This document shows, piece after piece, positions 21,288 to 30,920 of a stretch of 64,000 bases of DNA; within the stretch, counting starts at the first letter, position 1, and each line of letters starts with the position of its first letter. A program made the position numbers and the translations under genes. Source of the stretch: Clostridia bacterium (lineage in GTDB: Bacteria > Bacillota > Clostridia > Oscillospirales > CAG-272); the NCBI GenBank assembly GCA_017937135.1, contig JAGBEE010000020.1:142296-206295 (forward strand), written 5' to 3'. The notes beneath the pieces were generated by a model. That model saw only the letters and a program-made list of their open reading frames with translations. It was not told the DNA's origin and ran no database searches.

Positions 21288-22448
21288 CTAATTAATCTGT
21301 CTAGCATTTCTCGATATTGATAATAGTATTCCCATTTCAGCGAGCAAAAATACGAGTGAGCTTCCACCGTAAGAAAAAAATGGCAATGAGATTCCTGTGT
21401 TTGGAATCATATCAGAAACAACCAGCATATTTAAAAATGACTGAATACCTATTTGGCTTGTTATTCCAAATGCCACAAGCGATGAAAACATATCAGTTGC
21501 GCTAAACGCTATTTTATATCCTCGCCATACTAAAAGTAAAAATAACGATACAAGAATAACACCACCTACAAATCCTGTTTCCTCACACCAAATAGTAAAA
21601 ATAAAGTCATTTTGTGGTTCCGAAACATAACTGTATTTTTGTCTACTGTTAAGATATCCAAGCCCCCACACACCACCAGAGCCAATAGCATATAATCCCT
21701 GCGTCGTTTGCCATTTATCGCTCAATACATCTGCGTTAGGATTTAAAAAGGACTCTATTCTTTTCATTGCATAGCTATTAGTTAATAAAAAAACTGCACC
21801 ACCAGCTATAGCAGTTGTTCCATATATCAAACCCATTCTTTTGATGCTTGTTCCCGCGATAAATAAAATAGAGATTCCTATTAATGCAAGTATTATTGTT
21901 CCAGATAAATGTTTTTCTAAAAGTACAAGAGCGCAAGCGCCAAAAAGTATCAACCCCGGAAGAACTATTTCATTTATAATCGTTTTCTTTTTTTCACTAA
22001 ATTTATCTATATACCAGCTTAACATAATGATTATTCCAAGCTTCATTAGCTCTGAAGGCTGAAAAGATAAGGGAGTTCCAGGTATTCCTAACCATCTTTT
22101 TGCTACGCCTTCGGAAAAACCACCAAACAAAACTATAATTAAAAGAATTATACAAATGGAATATATTACTGGAGCAATTTTTTTATATAATCCAACCGGT
22201 ACTCGACTTAAAATATACATTACAAAAAGACCGATTAGTAAAAAAATGATTTGTCTTTTTATGTAGTACAAGCTATCATTATAATGCGAGTTGGCATAAG
22301 GATAGCTTGCACTAAAAACCATAAGCGTTCCTAATGATAAAATTATTAGAAGTAGGGTTAGCAACTTAATGTCAACCCTATTTTTTTTGATTTTGTTTTC
22401 ATTCACCTTTTTTTCTTCTTTTTTCCCTATTGTAATCATACTTTTCAT
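21288..22448 (-). CDS. ftsW: SEDS protein FtsW/SpoVE (start taken at ATG 22448, ATGA overlap with mraY)
   Basis: About 10 TM helices with the SEDS C-terminal block NTGISLPFFSYGGSS. Confidence 0.9.
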   Translation of the reverse strand: MKSMITIGKKEEKKVNENKIKKNRVDIKLLTLLLIILSLGTLMVFSASYPYANSHYNDSLYYIKRQIIFLLIGLFVMYILSRVPVGLYKKIAPVIYSICIILLIIVLFGGFSEGVAKRWLGIPGTPLSFQPSELMKLGIIIMLSWYIDKFSEKKKTIINEIVLPGLILFGACALVLLEKHLSGTIILALIGISILFIAGTSIKRMGLIYGTTAIAGGAVFLLTNSYAMKRIESFLNPNADVLSDKWQTTQGLYAIGSGGVWGLGYLNSRQKYSYVSEPQNDFIFTIWCEETGFVGGVILVSLFLLLVWRGYKIAFSATDMFSSLVAFGITSQIGIQSFLNMLVVSDMIPNTGISLPFFSYGGSSLVFLLAEMGILLSISRNARQIN

Positions 22449-23440
22449 ATCGTACCAATACCAAAATAAGATAATAAACAAAATGCAAAATTAACTAACA
22501 TAAAAATTATTACTATTTTGATTTCGCTCCAACCGTTTTTTTCAAAATGGTGATGTATAGGTGCCATTTTGAATATTCTTTTTCCATTTGTAATTTTAAA
22601 ATATACGACCTGTAAAATATCACTTAACGCCTCGCAAAGAAACACGAAGCCATATACTAAAACAAGCAATATGTTATTAATTACAAATGATATGCTAACA
22701 ACCATCGATCCTAAAAACAATGAACCTGTGTCACCCATAAAAATTTTCGCAGGGTGTAAATTAAACCTTAAAAATCCAATTGTTCCTCCAATCAAAACAG
22801 CGCTTATAAAGCTTAAAACAGCATTGTTAATAAGTGATAAGGAGACAAAAGCAAAAAACAAACCTATGCTTAATACCACAGATGAGGCAAGGCCATCTAA
22901 TCCATCTGTTAAGTTAACGGCATTTACAAATCCACAAAGCAGAAAATAAGCTAAAATATAATAAAATATTCCTATATCGTATTTAACATTTACAAATGGA
23001 ATATATAGCTCAGTATTTATATTAACAGTAATTCTTAAAGATATTAAAAACAAAATTGCTGCTATTGATTGCAGAAAAAATTTAGATTTTGCACTCAATC
23101 CCTCGTTTCTTCGATTTCTAATTTTCGCAAAATCATCTATTATACCAATAAGAGCGTTTAAAATTGAATAAGCCAATACATTAAGCAAAATAACTATTTC
23201 TTTAGTATCTGATTTTAAGAAGATACAGAAAATAAAAAAACAAGCTATGGTAGCTAAAACAAAGCTTACCCCACCCATAGTTGGCGTTCCTTCTTTTTCC
23301 TTGTGCCAATTGGGTCCATCAGCTAAAATACGTTGTCCCATTTTGTTTTTAGCGAGCACAGGTATTATTTTTTTAGTAATTAAAATAGTTAGAAATAACG
23401 AAAAAAATAATGTTATTATAAATACATAAAAATTGTACAT
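22445..23440 (-). CDS. mraY: phospho-N-acetylmuramoyl-pentapeptide transferase
   Basis: GTPTMGG, NAVNLTDGLDGLA and FMGDTGSL motifs. Confidence 0.95.
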   Translation of the reverse strand: MYNFYVFIITLFFSLFLTILITKKIIPVLAKNKMGQRILADGPNWHKEKEGTPTMGGVSFVLATIACFFIFCIFLKSDTKEIVILLNVLAYSILNALIGIIDDFAKIRNRRNEGLSAKSKFFLQSIAAILFLISLRITVNINTELYIPFVNVKYDIGIFYYILAYFLLCGFVNAVNLTDGLDGLASSVVLSIGLFFAFVSLSLINNAVLSFISAVLIGGTIGFLRFNLHPAKIFMGDTGSLFLGSMVVSISFVINNILLVLVYGFVFLCEALSDILQVVYFKITNGKRIFKMAPIHHHFEKNGWSEIKIVIIFMLVNFAFCLLSYFGIGTI

Positions 23441-23441
23441 A

Positions 23442-24776
23442 TCAGTTCTCTTTCAATTCTTTAATTATATCTTCAAAATGTAAAGCACGACTCGCTTTTA
23501 CTAGTAAAACACTATTAGAAGGAAGTCCTTCTCTTATATCTTTTGCTATGCTTTTTCTATCTTCAATTACCGTTGCGTTACCAAAGCCTCTTGCAATATA
23601 ATCAGCGTAACAACCATAAGCAAAAAGCTTTTCTATATTATTTTTCTTGCAAAACTCGCCTATCATTTGATGATATTCATTGCTTTTCTCTCCTAACTCA
23701 AGCATATCTCCGATTAAAGCACATGGTATTTTATTATGAAACTTACTATATTGACTTAATGAAATAATCGAATTTTTCATTCCTTCAAAGGAAGCATTAT
23801 AGGAATCGTTTATAATTGTTATATCATTTAACTTTATTGTTGCTCCTCGCATCTCATTATTCGTGTAATTATAAAGACCATTTTTAATTTGCTTATCTGT
23901 AAGTCCAACAATATTTCCAATAGCATATGCATATATAGCATTTTTACAATCATATATCGAGGGTGTTTTAATCACAATATCTTTTATAATTTTATTCTTG
24001 GTTTTAATTAAAAAATTTATTCCATCCATACTGTATGAAACGTCCACGACTTCATAGTCACCATTCTTTCCAACAAAAACTGGAGTTGTATTTTTATAAC
24101 AAAAACCTCTAAATCTATCTTCATTTGGTACTAGTGCATATTTAGGCGAATAATTAAGTATTTCGGTTTTTGCCTTGAAAATGTTTTCTTCATTTCCCAA
24201 AAGCTCTATATGTGCGCTGCCACAATTGGTGATTATAGATATGTATGGCTGTGAAATGTATGCGAGCCAATCTATCTCCCCTAACCCCCTCATACCCATT
24301 TCAACGACACAAAAATCTTCATTTTTTAACGCAAGAAGGGTTAATGGTACTCCAATGTCATTGTTTTGATTCAGATATGTAGATTTAACATTATATTTTT
24401 CTTTTAGTACAGATGTAACCATATCCTTAGTTGTAGTTTTTCCAACACTTCCACTTACACCAATAACCTTTGTTCTTCTAATGTTATTTTTAGCAACTAA
24501 GCCTAATGCTTTTTTTGTGTTTTTTACTTTGATTACAGACACTGGTGCGTTTATTTCCTCTTCTGAAACTATTATTCTTGCTCCGTTTTCAATTGCTTCA
24601 TTTATGAAAAAATTTCCATTAAAATTCTTCCCCTTTATTGCAAAAAACAGACTCATTTTATCACTTTTTTCTCTTGAGTCTATTGTCAAATTTTCCGTAA
24701 TATTGTCTTCTCCTATGAGAATTCCATTTGTTATTTTACATACTTCCTTTGCAGATAGCTTTATGCCATTTATCAT
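23442..24776 (-). CDS. murF: UDP-MurNAc-tripeptide:D-Ala-D-Ala ligase
   Basis: Mur ligase P-loop GVSGSVGKTTTK, 444 aa, lies after murE. Confidence 0.9.
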   Translation of the reverse strand: MINGIKLSAKEVCKITNGILIGEDNITENLTIDSREKSDKMSLFFAIKGKNFNGNFFINEAIENGARIIVSEEEINAPVSVIKVKNTKKALGLVAKNNIRRTKVIGVSGSVGKTTTKDMVTSVLKEKYNVKSTYLNQNNDIGVPLTLLALKNEDFCVVEMGMRGLGEIDWLAYISQPYISIITNCGSAHIELLGNEENIFKAKTEILNYSPKYALVPNEDRFRGFCYKNTTPVFVGKNGDYEVVDVSYSMDGINFLIKTKNKIIKDIVIKTPSIYDCKNAIYAYAIGNIVGLTDKQIKNGLYNYTNNEMRGATIKLNDITIINDSYNASFEGMKNSIISLSQYSKFHNKIPCALIGDMLELGEKSNEYHQMIGEFCKKNNIEKLFAYGCYADYIARGFGNATVIEDRKSIAKDIREGLPSNSVLLVKASRALHFEDIIKELKEN

Positions 24777-26242
24777 TTTTCAAATGCCTCATCTAATATT
24801 ATTCTTTCGTCGAAATGTTTTTTTCCTTCGTTGTCTATTTCATAGTTTTCATGTCCCTTACCTAATAGTAATAAAACCTTATTTTCAGAAAGAATTTTTA
24901 TTGCATATTTAATTGCCTCTTTTCTTTCGGGAATGATTATATGCGTTTTTGTTTTATCAATCCCTTTGACAATGTCTTTTATTATTTCCTTAGAATCCTC
25001 GCTTCTCGGATTATCCGATGTTATGATTATTATATCCGCTAATTTTGAGCATAAGTCGCCCATTTCGGCTCTTTTCTCTTTATCTCTATCTCCACCACAA
25101 CCAAATAAAACAATCAATTTTTTATTTTTCTCTATTTCCTTTATTGAATTTATTATATTCTCCATCGCATATGGTGTATGTGCATAATCTATATATATAT
25201 TCTTATCTTTATAACGCTCTACTCTACCTTTAATCGAAAGTAAATTATATATTCCATTTTTTATGTTTTTTTCATCAATCCCTAATATGTCAGCACATGC
25301 AATTGCACATATACTGTTATATACCATAAAGGTACCACATAGCCTTGTTTCTATATTTATTTTCTTTTCACCTTTATTCAATATATATCTACAGCCACTC
25401 GTATCACACTCTATTGCCTCTGCTTTATAGTCACTTTCTTGCTTACACGACACAGAAAATAATCTTCCTTTATATTTATTAATTAGTATCTTTCCATATC
25501 CATCATCTATATTTACTACACCAACTAAGCATTTTTTAAATAATTTTTCCTTTGCACTAAAATAGTCTTGCATATTTTTATGATAGTCAAGATGTTCATG
25601 CGTTAAATTTGTAAATACACCAATATTAACGGTTAATCCATCAAGCTTATGTTGATCTAAAGCGTGTGATGAAGCTTCCATAACAACGTATTTTACGCCT
25701 TTTCTCTTCATTTTATATAATATAGAATATAAAATCTCTGGATCTGGAGTTGTCATAGCAGAAACTTTATCTAAAACTTCACTTCCTCCATTTATATCAA
25801 TTACCTTATCATTTATTAGGCACTCTATTGTGGATATAAGTCCACACTTCTTTTTTGCATTTCTTAGTATTTTATATAAAAAATATGCACTTGAGGTTTT
25901 TCCATTCGTCCCTGTTATTGCAATAATTTTCATTTCCTTTGATGGCTCATTATAATATGATGACCACATTTTAGCAAGTGCACTTCGTGCGTTTTTCACC
26001 TGTATATATGGTAATGAATAATTACTACATATATTTAAATCTTCAGAAACAACCGCTATTGCACCATTTTCTATTGCCTGAGCTATGAAGTTATTTCCAT
26101 CATGGTTTTCTCCCTTTATGGCAACAAAAACATATCCCTTTTTAACCTTACGTGAATCAGATGTTAGCTTCTTTACATCTGTTTCTAAATCAACATTACA
26201 ATTTAATATATTTACTAAATTTAATAGTTTTTTAAGTTTCAT
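24773..26242 (-). CDS. murE: UDP-MurNAc-L-Ala-D-Glu:diamino-acid ligase
   Basis: ITGTNGKTS P-loop and a C-terminal DNPR block (ITSDNPRSED). Confidence 0.93.
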   Translation of the reverse strand: MKLKKLLNLVNILNCNVDLETDVKKLTSDSRKVKKGYVFVAIKGENHDGNNFIAQAIENGAIAVVSEDLNICSNYSLPYIQVKNARSALAKMWSSYYNEPSKEMKIIAITGTNGKTSSAYFLYKILRNAKKKCGLISTIECLINDKVIDINGGSEVLDKVSAMTTPDPEILYSILYKMKRKGVKYVVMEASSHALDQHKLDGLTVNIGVFTNLTHEHLDYHKNMQDYFSAKEKLFKKCLVGVVNIDDGYGKILINKYKGRLFSVSCKQESDYKAEAIECDTSGCRYILNKGEKKINIETRLCGTFMVYNSICAIACADILGIDEKNIKNGIYNLLSIKGRVERYKDKNIYIDYAHTPYAMENIINSIKEIEKNKKLIVLFGCGGDRDKEKRAEMGDLCSKLADIIIITSDNPRSEDSKEIIKDIVKGIDKTKTHIIIPERKEAIKYAIKILSENKVLLLLGKGHENYEIDNEGKKHFDERIILDEAFEK

Positions 26243-26243
26243 A

Positions 26244-28469
26244 TTAGTCCTTCTCTTCGGAAAATAGTATTTTTATTGTTATTACTTCACCTTTACGAAC
26301 AGTTGTCAATGCACTTGGATATTGAGACACAACCGTCGCTCCTTGACCTATTTTAAAATTTGTGCTTCCCTCTATTTTTATATTAAGTCCACTGTTGGTT
26401 AATAATAAATTTGCTTTTTCGGGAGACATTCCTACTACATTGGGAACAATTACTGTTCTTTCTAAATCCATTCCTGTATATAATATAATTTTTCCTGTCT
26501 TTTTATATATTTTACTACCTGCCAAAGGCATTTGTGTTATAACTGTATCGCCGTTTCCTATTATTTCATATGAAATATCCTTCAGCTCACTCTTTATATC
26601 ATAGATGCTTTTTGATATAAGATTGGGAACCTCTACTTGTATATGCTCTAAATCGTTTTCATTGTATTCAGCTTTAAATCCCAAATAAGGCAGTATAAGC
26701 TCCATAAGGCTTGATACATATGGTGCAGCTACAACGCTTCCATACTTACTTCCAATCGTCGGTTCATCTACCAAAATTATAACTGCTACCTGTGCATCCT
26801 CTGAGGGTGCATAAGCAATACAAGACGATACTCTATATGATGTATTTCCACTTTCGTCATATTTATCCTTTTTTTCTGATGTTCCTGTTTTTGCGGCTAT
26901 ACTATACCCTGCCACATAAGCATTTTTTGCTCCTCCTTCTCCATCGACACCTTCCTTTAATATTTGTGATATTGTTTTACTTACCTCGGTGCTTATAATT
27001 TGTTCACTATTTCGAACATTATATTCAAATACTGTATTTCCTTCATTATCAATGATTTCTTTAATTAAATGTGGTGTTACTAAATATCCACCATTAGCTA
27101 CGACACTAACTGCTCTAAGTTGTTGAATCGCAGTTGTTTTAAAGGTTTGGCCAAATGAATAAACTGCAAGTGAAACATTAGAAAATTCGTCAAATGAATG
27201 ATAATAACCATTTGCCTCAGACGGCAAATCTATACCTGTTTTGCTTGTGTATCCAAATTTTTTAAAATAATCATAAAAAGTGTTCTTTCCGATACTAAAT
27301 GCCAGCTTCATCATTGATGGATTACAGGATTGCTGTAATGCCTGTGCAAACGTTAGAGTTCCATGTCCTTTTCTTTTATGGCAGCTTATGGCTCTATAAT
27401 ATCCATCTATTTTAAGAGAACCAGTACATGTATAGCTGTTTTTTAAGCTTGCTACACCCTCTTGTAATGCAACAGATGTTGTTACAAGCTTAAATGTAGA
27501 GCCTGGTTCATAAAGCTCTGTAACTGCCTTATTATTCCACATAGAAAAAAGCAAATTTAAATATTCCTTTTTGTATTCCGAGCTTCCTTTCTCATAGTCA
27601 TTTAGTTTTGAACTTGATAATTCATCTAATATATACGGTTGATTTAAATCAAAGCTTGGATATACAGCCATAGCATATATTTCACCTGTTTTTGGATTCA
27701 TTACGATGCCAGCAGCCCTGTTTTGCGCACCTGATTCGATTGCTGCCATTTCAAGCTGTGATTCAAGCTGATACTGTATGTACATATCAATAGTTGACAC
27801 GAGATGATATCCATTTTCGTCCTCTATATATGTTTCATACTGAAAAGGCATGTCACCACTTTGAGCATTTTGCGCTGTTATATATTTACCATTTGTTCCC
27901 TCTAAGATATTGTTATATACCTTTTCAAGTCCATATATTCCAATTCCATCGGCATTGACAAAGCCCAAAGCATGTGATGCTAAATCAGCGAATGGATAAT
28001 ATCGTTTACTGCTTGCGTTTAATTGAATTTGTTCTGTTAAACCATTTTCATCAATAAATTTTCTTATTCTATCAGCTGTTTCTTTGTCAATGGCATTATC
28101 TATAACTTGATACTTATATCCAGTCTTTTTAGCCTTTTCAAGCACTTTATTATAATCACATCCTAAAATATCAGATAATTCCTTTGCTATAAATTCTGGA
28201 TTTTTTATATTTTTAGGACATAAATATAGCACCCAAACAGTTTTGTTTGTTGCTAATGTATTTCCATTTCTATCAAAAATATTTCCTCTCAAGGGGTTTA
28301 CACTTGTTTCTACTGTTAATTGATTTATTACCTCGTCTTGATAGTCACTATAACCTAAAATTTGTAATTTAAAGAGTGCAAAAATTATAATAACACTTAT
28401 AATAGAAAAAGCTATTAATAGAAAAGTGCTCCTTTTTACCATTTTTGCATTAATTTTTTTATTTTCCAT
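26244..28469 (-). CDS. class B penicillin-binding protein (PBP2B/SpoVD family) with two C-terminal PASTA domains
   Basis: N-terminal TM anchor; SxxK (STFK), SxN-type and KTGT (AKTGTSE) transpeptidase motifs; two PASTA-like repeats starting VPNLISKS and VPNVVGMS. Confidence 0.93.
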   Translation of the reverse strand: MENKKINAKMVKRSTFLLIAFSIISVIIIFALFKLQILGYSDYQDEVINQLTVETSVNPLRGNIFDRNGNTLATNKTVWVLYLCPKNIKNPEFIAKELSDILGCDYNKVLEKAKKTGYKYQVIDNAIDKETADRIRKFIDENGLTEQIQLNASSKRYYPFADLASHALGFVNADGIGIYGLEKVYNNILEGTNGKYITAQNAQSGDMPFQYETYIEDENGYHLVSTIDMYIQYQLESQLEMAAIESGAQNRAAGIVMNPKTGEIYAMAVYPSFDLNQPYILDELSSSKLNDYEKGSSEYKKEYLNLLFSMWNNKAVTELYEPGSTFKLVTTSVALQEGVASLKNSYTCTGSLKIDGYYRAISCHKRKGHGTLTFAQALQQSCNPSMMKLAFSIGKNTFYDYFKKFGYTSKTGIDLPSEANGYYHSFDEFSNVSLAVYSFGQTFKTTAIQQLRAVSVVANGGYLVTPHLIKEIIDNEGNTVFEYNVRNSEQIISTEVSKTISQILKEGVDGEGGAKNAYVAGYSIAAKTGTSEKKDKYDESGNTSYRVSSCIAYAPSEDAQVAVIILVDEPTIGSKYGSVVAAPYVSSLMELILPYLGFKAEYNENDLEHIQVEVPNLISKSIYDIKSELKDISYEIIGNGDTVITQMPLAGSKIYKKTGKIILYTGMDLERTVIVPNVVGMSPEKANLLLTNSGLNIKIEGSTNFKIGQGATVVSQYPSALTTVRKGEVITIKILFSEEKD

Positions 28470-28526
28470 TCTTACACCTCAAAAAAATCTATATTATATA
28501 TATATTTAGAAGGCATAAAATATATG

Positions 28527-28554
28527 AAAAAAGTCTCAGCTTTTAGCCGAGACT
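28527..28554 (-). terminator. rho-independent terminator inside the dcw cluster (between the FtsL-slot ORF and the PBP gene)
   Basis: Minus strand: agtctcggct aaaa gctgagact followed by TTTTTT. One A/C mismatch in a 9-10 bp stem. Confidence 0.65.
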
Positions 28555-28570
28555 TTACTTTTTATTTAAT

Positions 28571-28861
28571 TTAAAATAATCCAGTTAATACAACCAACAT
28601 CATCATTGTAAACAAAACTGTAATAATTACAGTAGGAATAGGAAAATCTTTTTTAGAAAACAATGGTTCTTTAACAGCATCATGCTCCTTGGTTTCTGTC
28701 TTATTGTTATTTTCCTCAAGCTTCATATAGGTTGTATCTTGTGGCTTTTTATTCTTATTTTTGTCTTTATTCTTCATTTTTCTTGAAAAAATGCTTTTTT
28801 TCTCATCCTTAGAACCGGATGCTTGATTTACGTTGTAATCTCTCATAGTTGTACCGTACAT
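28571..28861 (-). CDS. small lysine-rich tail-anchored membrane protein occupying the FtsL position (96 aa)
   Basis: GGGAGG SD 9 nt before ATG 28861. The single TM helix IPTVIITVLFTMMMLVVLTGLF sits at the extreme C-terminus. The longer ORF to 28918 would overlap rsmH. Confidence 0.55.
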   Translation of the reverse strand: MYGTTMRDYNVNQASGSKDEKKSIFSRKMKNKDKNKNKKPQDTTYMKLEENNNKTETKEHDAVKEPLFSKKDFPIPTVIITVLFTMMMLVVLTGLF

Positions 28862-28884
28862 TTTAAACATCCTCCCATGTTCAA

Positions 28885-29820
28885 CTATAATTTTTCCGCT
28901 ATTCTGAGCTTTGCACATTTTGAACGAGAATTTTCATTCAACTCTTTTTCAGATGCGGTAATAGGTTTTTTTGTTATTATTTTTAGTTTTGGTTTGTTTC
29001 CACATACGCAGACCGGAAAATCCTTGGGGCAAGTACATCCTTGTGCGTATTGGTTGAAAGCTGTTTTCACTAATCTGTCTTCAAGCGAATGGAAGGTCAT
29101 TATTACAATTCTTCCACCATCATTAAGATGCTTGACCGCTGCATGTATTGCGGGTTCAATTACATCAAGCTCGTGATTTACCTCTATTCTTATTGCCTGA
29201 AAGGTTCTTTTAGCGGGATGCTGAGCTTCCTTTTTAGCCGCTGCAACAGGAATAGAGCTTCTAATTATGTTCGCTAATTCAAGAGTAGATTTGATAGGAG
29301 ACCTCTCTCTTTCATTAACGATTTTTCTTGCAATAATTGATGCAAATTTCTCTTCACCATAATCTCTTATAATTCTCTTGAGATCAAATTCTGAATAAGA
29401 ATTAACTACATCATATGCACTGAAAGGGGAGAGTGGGTTCATTCGCATATCGAGTTCTGCGTCACTGTTGTACGAGAACCCACGCTCAGGAGTGTCAAGC
29501 TGATGAGACGAGACACCTAAATCCATTATTACACCATCTACATGGTCAATATCTAAGTTGTTAAGGACACTATCAAGCTCTGAAAAATTACTTTTCACAA
29601 GAATTGATTTTCCTTTGTATTTTTCAAATCTTTTCTTGCACGCCTCAAGCGCTTCATCATCTTGATCTATTGAAATGAGCTTTCCACTTGTTAAGCGTTT
29701 TAATATTTCTTCAGAGTGTCCTCCTCCTCCTGCGGTACAATCAACATATATTCCTTCCGATTTAATGTCTAAGCCTTCTATACATTCGGAAAGCATAACC
29801 GGATAATGTGAAAATTCCAT
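28885..29820 (-). CDS. rsmH: 16S rRNA m4C1402 methyltransferase
   Basis: HYPVMLSE...YVDCTAGGGGHSE...DLGVSSHQLD motifs. Confidence 0.95.
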   Translation of the reverse strand: MEFSHYPVMLSECIEGLDIKSEGIYVDCTAGGGGHSEEILKRLTSGKLISIDQDDEALEACKKRFEKYKGKSILVKSNFSELDSVLNNLDIDHVDGVIMDLGVSSHQLDTPERGFSYNSDAELDMRMNPLSPFSAYDVVNSYSEFDLKRIIRDYGEEKFASIIARKIVNERERSPIKSTLELANIIRSSIPVAAAKKEAQHPAKRTFQAIRIEVNHELDVIEPAIHAAVKHLNDGGRIVIMTFHSLEDRLVKTAFNQYAQGCTCPKDFPVCVCGNKPKLKIITKKPITASEKELNENSRSKCAKLRIAEKL

Positions 29821-29830
29821 GTTACTTACC

Positions 29831-30253
29831 TCAGAAGCCCATTTGTATCATGAGATTCTTCATCTCATTCATATCAACGGTTTTTCTCTTTTCTTCAAAG
29901 ACCTCTTGTGCCCATATTTCTATGTGAGTGCCAACACCCATAAAAAGAACATTTTTTTGAATGTCAACCTTATCCTTTAAGAATTGGGGAATAACTATTC
30001 TTCCTTGCGAGTCAATCTGAACATCTACTGTGTTCGAATAAATTTCACGAATGAAGTTTTCAAATTGTAAAGTGGGGAGTGCTGAGATTTTTTCTTCATA
30101 CTTTTCCCATTCTCTGTCCGAATAAACGAGAATGCATTTGTTGAAATCATTGTAAGTAAGCTTAAATGAGCAACCGAGAGAATCTTTATACTTCGCGGGT
30201 ACAAATACTCTATTTTTTGAATCAACAGTGTGTTCATATCTACCGTAAAGCAT
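29831..30253 (-). CDS. mraZ: transcriptional regulator MraZ (140 aa from ATG 30253)
   Basis: Duplicated SpoVT/AbrB-like halves carry DSKNRVFVP and DSQGRIVIP. GGAGGAG SD lies before ATG 30253. Confidence 0.93.
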   Translation of the reverse strand: MLYGRYEHTVDSKNRVFVPAKYKDSLGCSFKLTYNDFNKCILVYSDREWEKYEEKISALPTLQFENFIREIYSNTVDVQIDSQGRIVIPQFLKDKVDIQKNVLFMGVGTHIEIWAQEVFEEKRKTVDMNEMKNLMIQMGF

Positions 30254-30266
30254 ACTTTTCTCCTCC

Positions 30267-30311
30267 TTTCGCTCCACTTTAAACCGTTTTCGCTCCACTT
30301 TTCACCACTTT
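30267..30311 (-). promoter_or_regulatory. phased direct repeats AAAGTGG x3 plus a degenerate AAAACGG: putative MraZ operator in the mraZ leader
   Basis: Minus-strand boxes start at 30311, 30301, 30290 (degenerate) and 30280, giving spacings of 10, 11 and 10 nt. The 14-mer AAAGTGGAGCGAAA occurs twice exactly. The boxes lie between the -10 element and the SD. Confidence 0.65.
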
Positions 30312-30320
30312 TGTGTTCTC

Positions 30321-30349
30321 ATTATAACCTATTATTTAAAAAAATGCAA
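30321..30349 (-). promoter_or_regulatory. sigma-A promoter of the dcw cluster (Pmra equivalent)
   Basis: Minus strand: TTGCAT (30349-30344), 17 nt, TATAAT (30326-30321). Confidence 0.6.
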
Positions 30350-30404
30350 TAGTTTTTTGAAAATTTTTTAAAAAATTTGATTTTTTTATTTTTCAAGCCA
30401 TAAA

Positions 30405-30438
30405 AACAAAAAATAGCACCCATTTTTTTGAGTGCTAT
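30405..30438 (-). terminator. probable terminator after coaD
   Basis: 7-bp stem atagcac/gtgctat with a 12-nt loop, flanked by A/T runs. This is a weak structure. Confidence 0.4.
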
Positions 30439-30442
30439 TTTT

Positions 30443-30919
30443 TTAATTTTTTTGATATTTTTTTACTAAATCTATTGCATTTTGATGCAAAAAGCAACTT
30501 AGTTCTTCATTATTCCTGATTTTTTCTCTAACTTTACTTGAACTGATATTTTTAAATTCTTCACTAGTTTTTATTATAACTGTTTCGAATCTATTATCAA
30601 ATTCCTTCATTTTTTGAGCAAGCGCTTGTTCGTATTCTTCATCCTGTGGATTTCTTACACCACGAATAATAGTAAATATGTTTTTTTGATGCATATAATC
30701 AGCAGTTAACCCATTGTAAGCATCAGCGATAACGTTTTTAAACTCGCTTGTGGTCGCTTTTATAAGCTCCTTTTTTTGTTGCATTGTAAACATGTAGTCT
30801 TTTTCTTCGTTTATCAATGCCACAACATAAACTGTATCAAAATTCTCGCTTGCGTATTTTACTATTTCCAAATGTCCTTTAGTAATCGGATCAAAGCTCC
30901 CTGTAACGATAGCCTTCAT
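30443..30919 (-). CDS. coaD: phosphopantetheine adenylyltransferase
   Basis: AIVTGSFDPITKGHLEIV (T/HxGH nucleotidyltransferase motif), 158 aa. Confidence 0.95.
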   Translation of the reverse strand: MKAIVTGSFDPITKGHLEIVKYASENFDTVYVVALINEEKDYMFTMQQKKELIKATTSEFKNVIADAYNGLTADYMHQKNIFTIIRGVRNPQDEEYEQALAQKMKEFDNRFETVIIKTSEEFKNISSSKVREKIRNNEELSCFLHQNAIDLVKKYQKN

Positions 30920-30920
30920 A

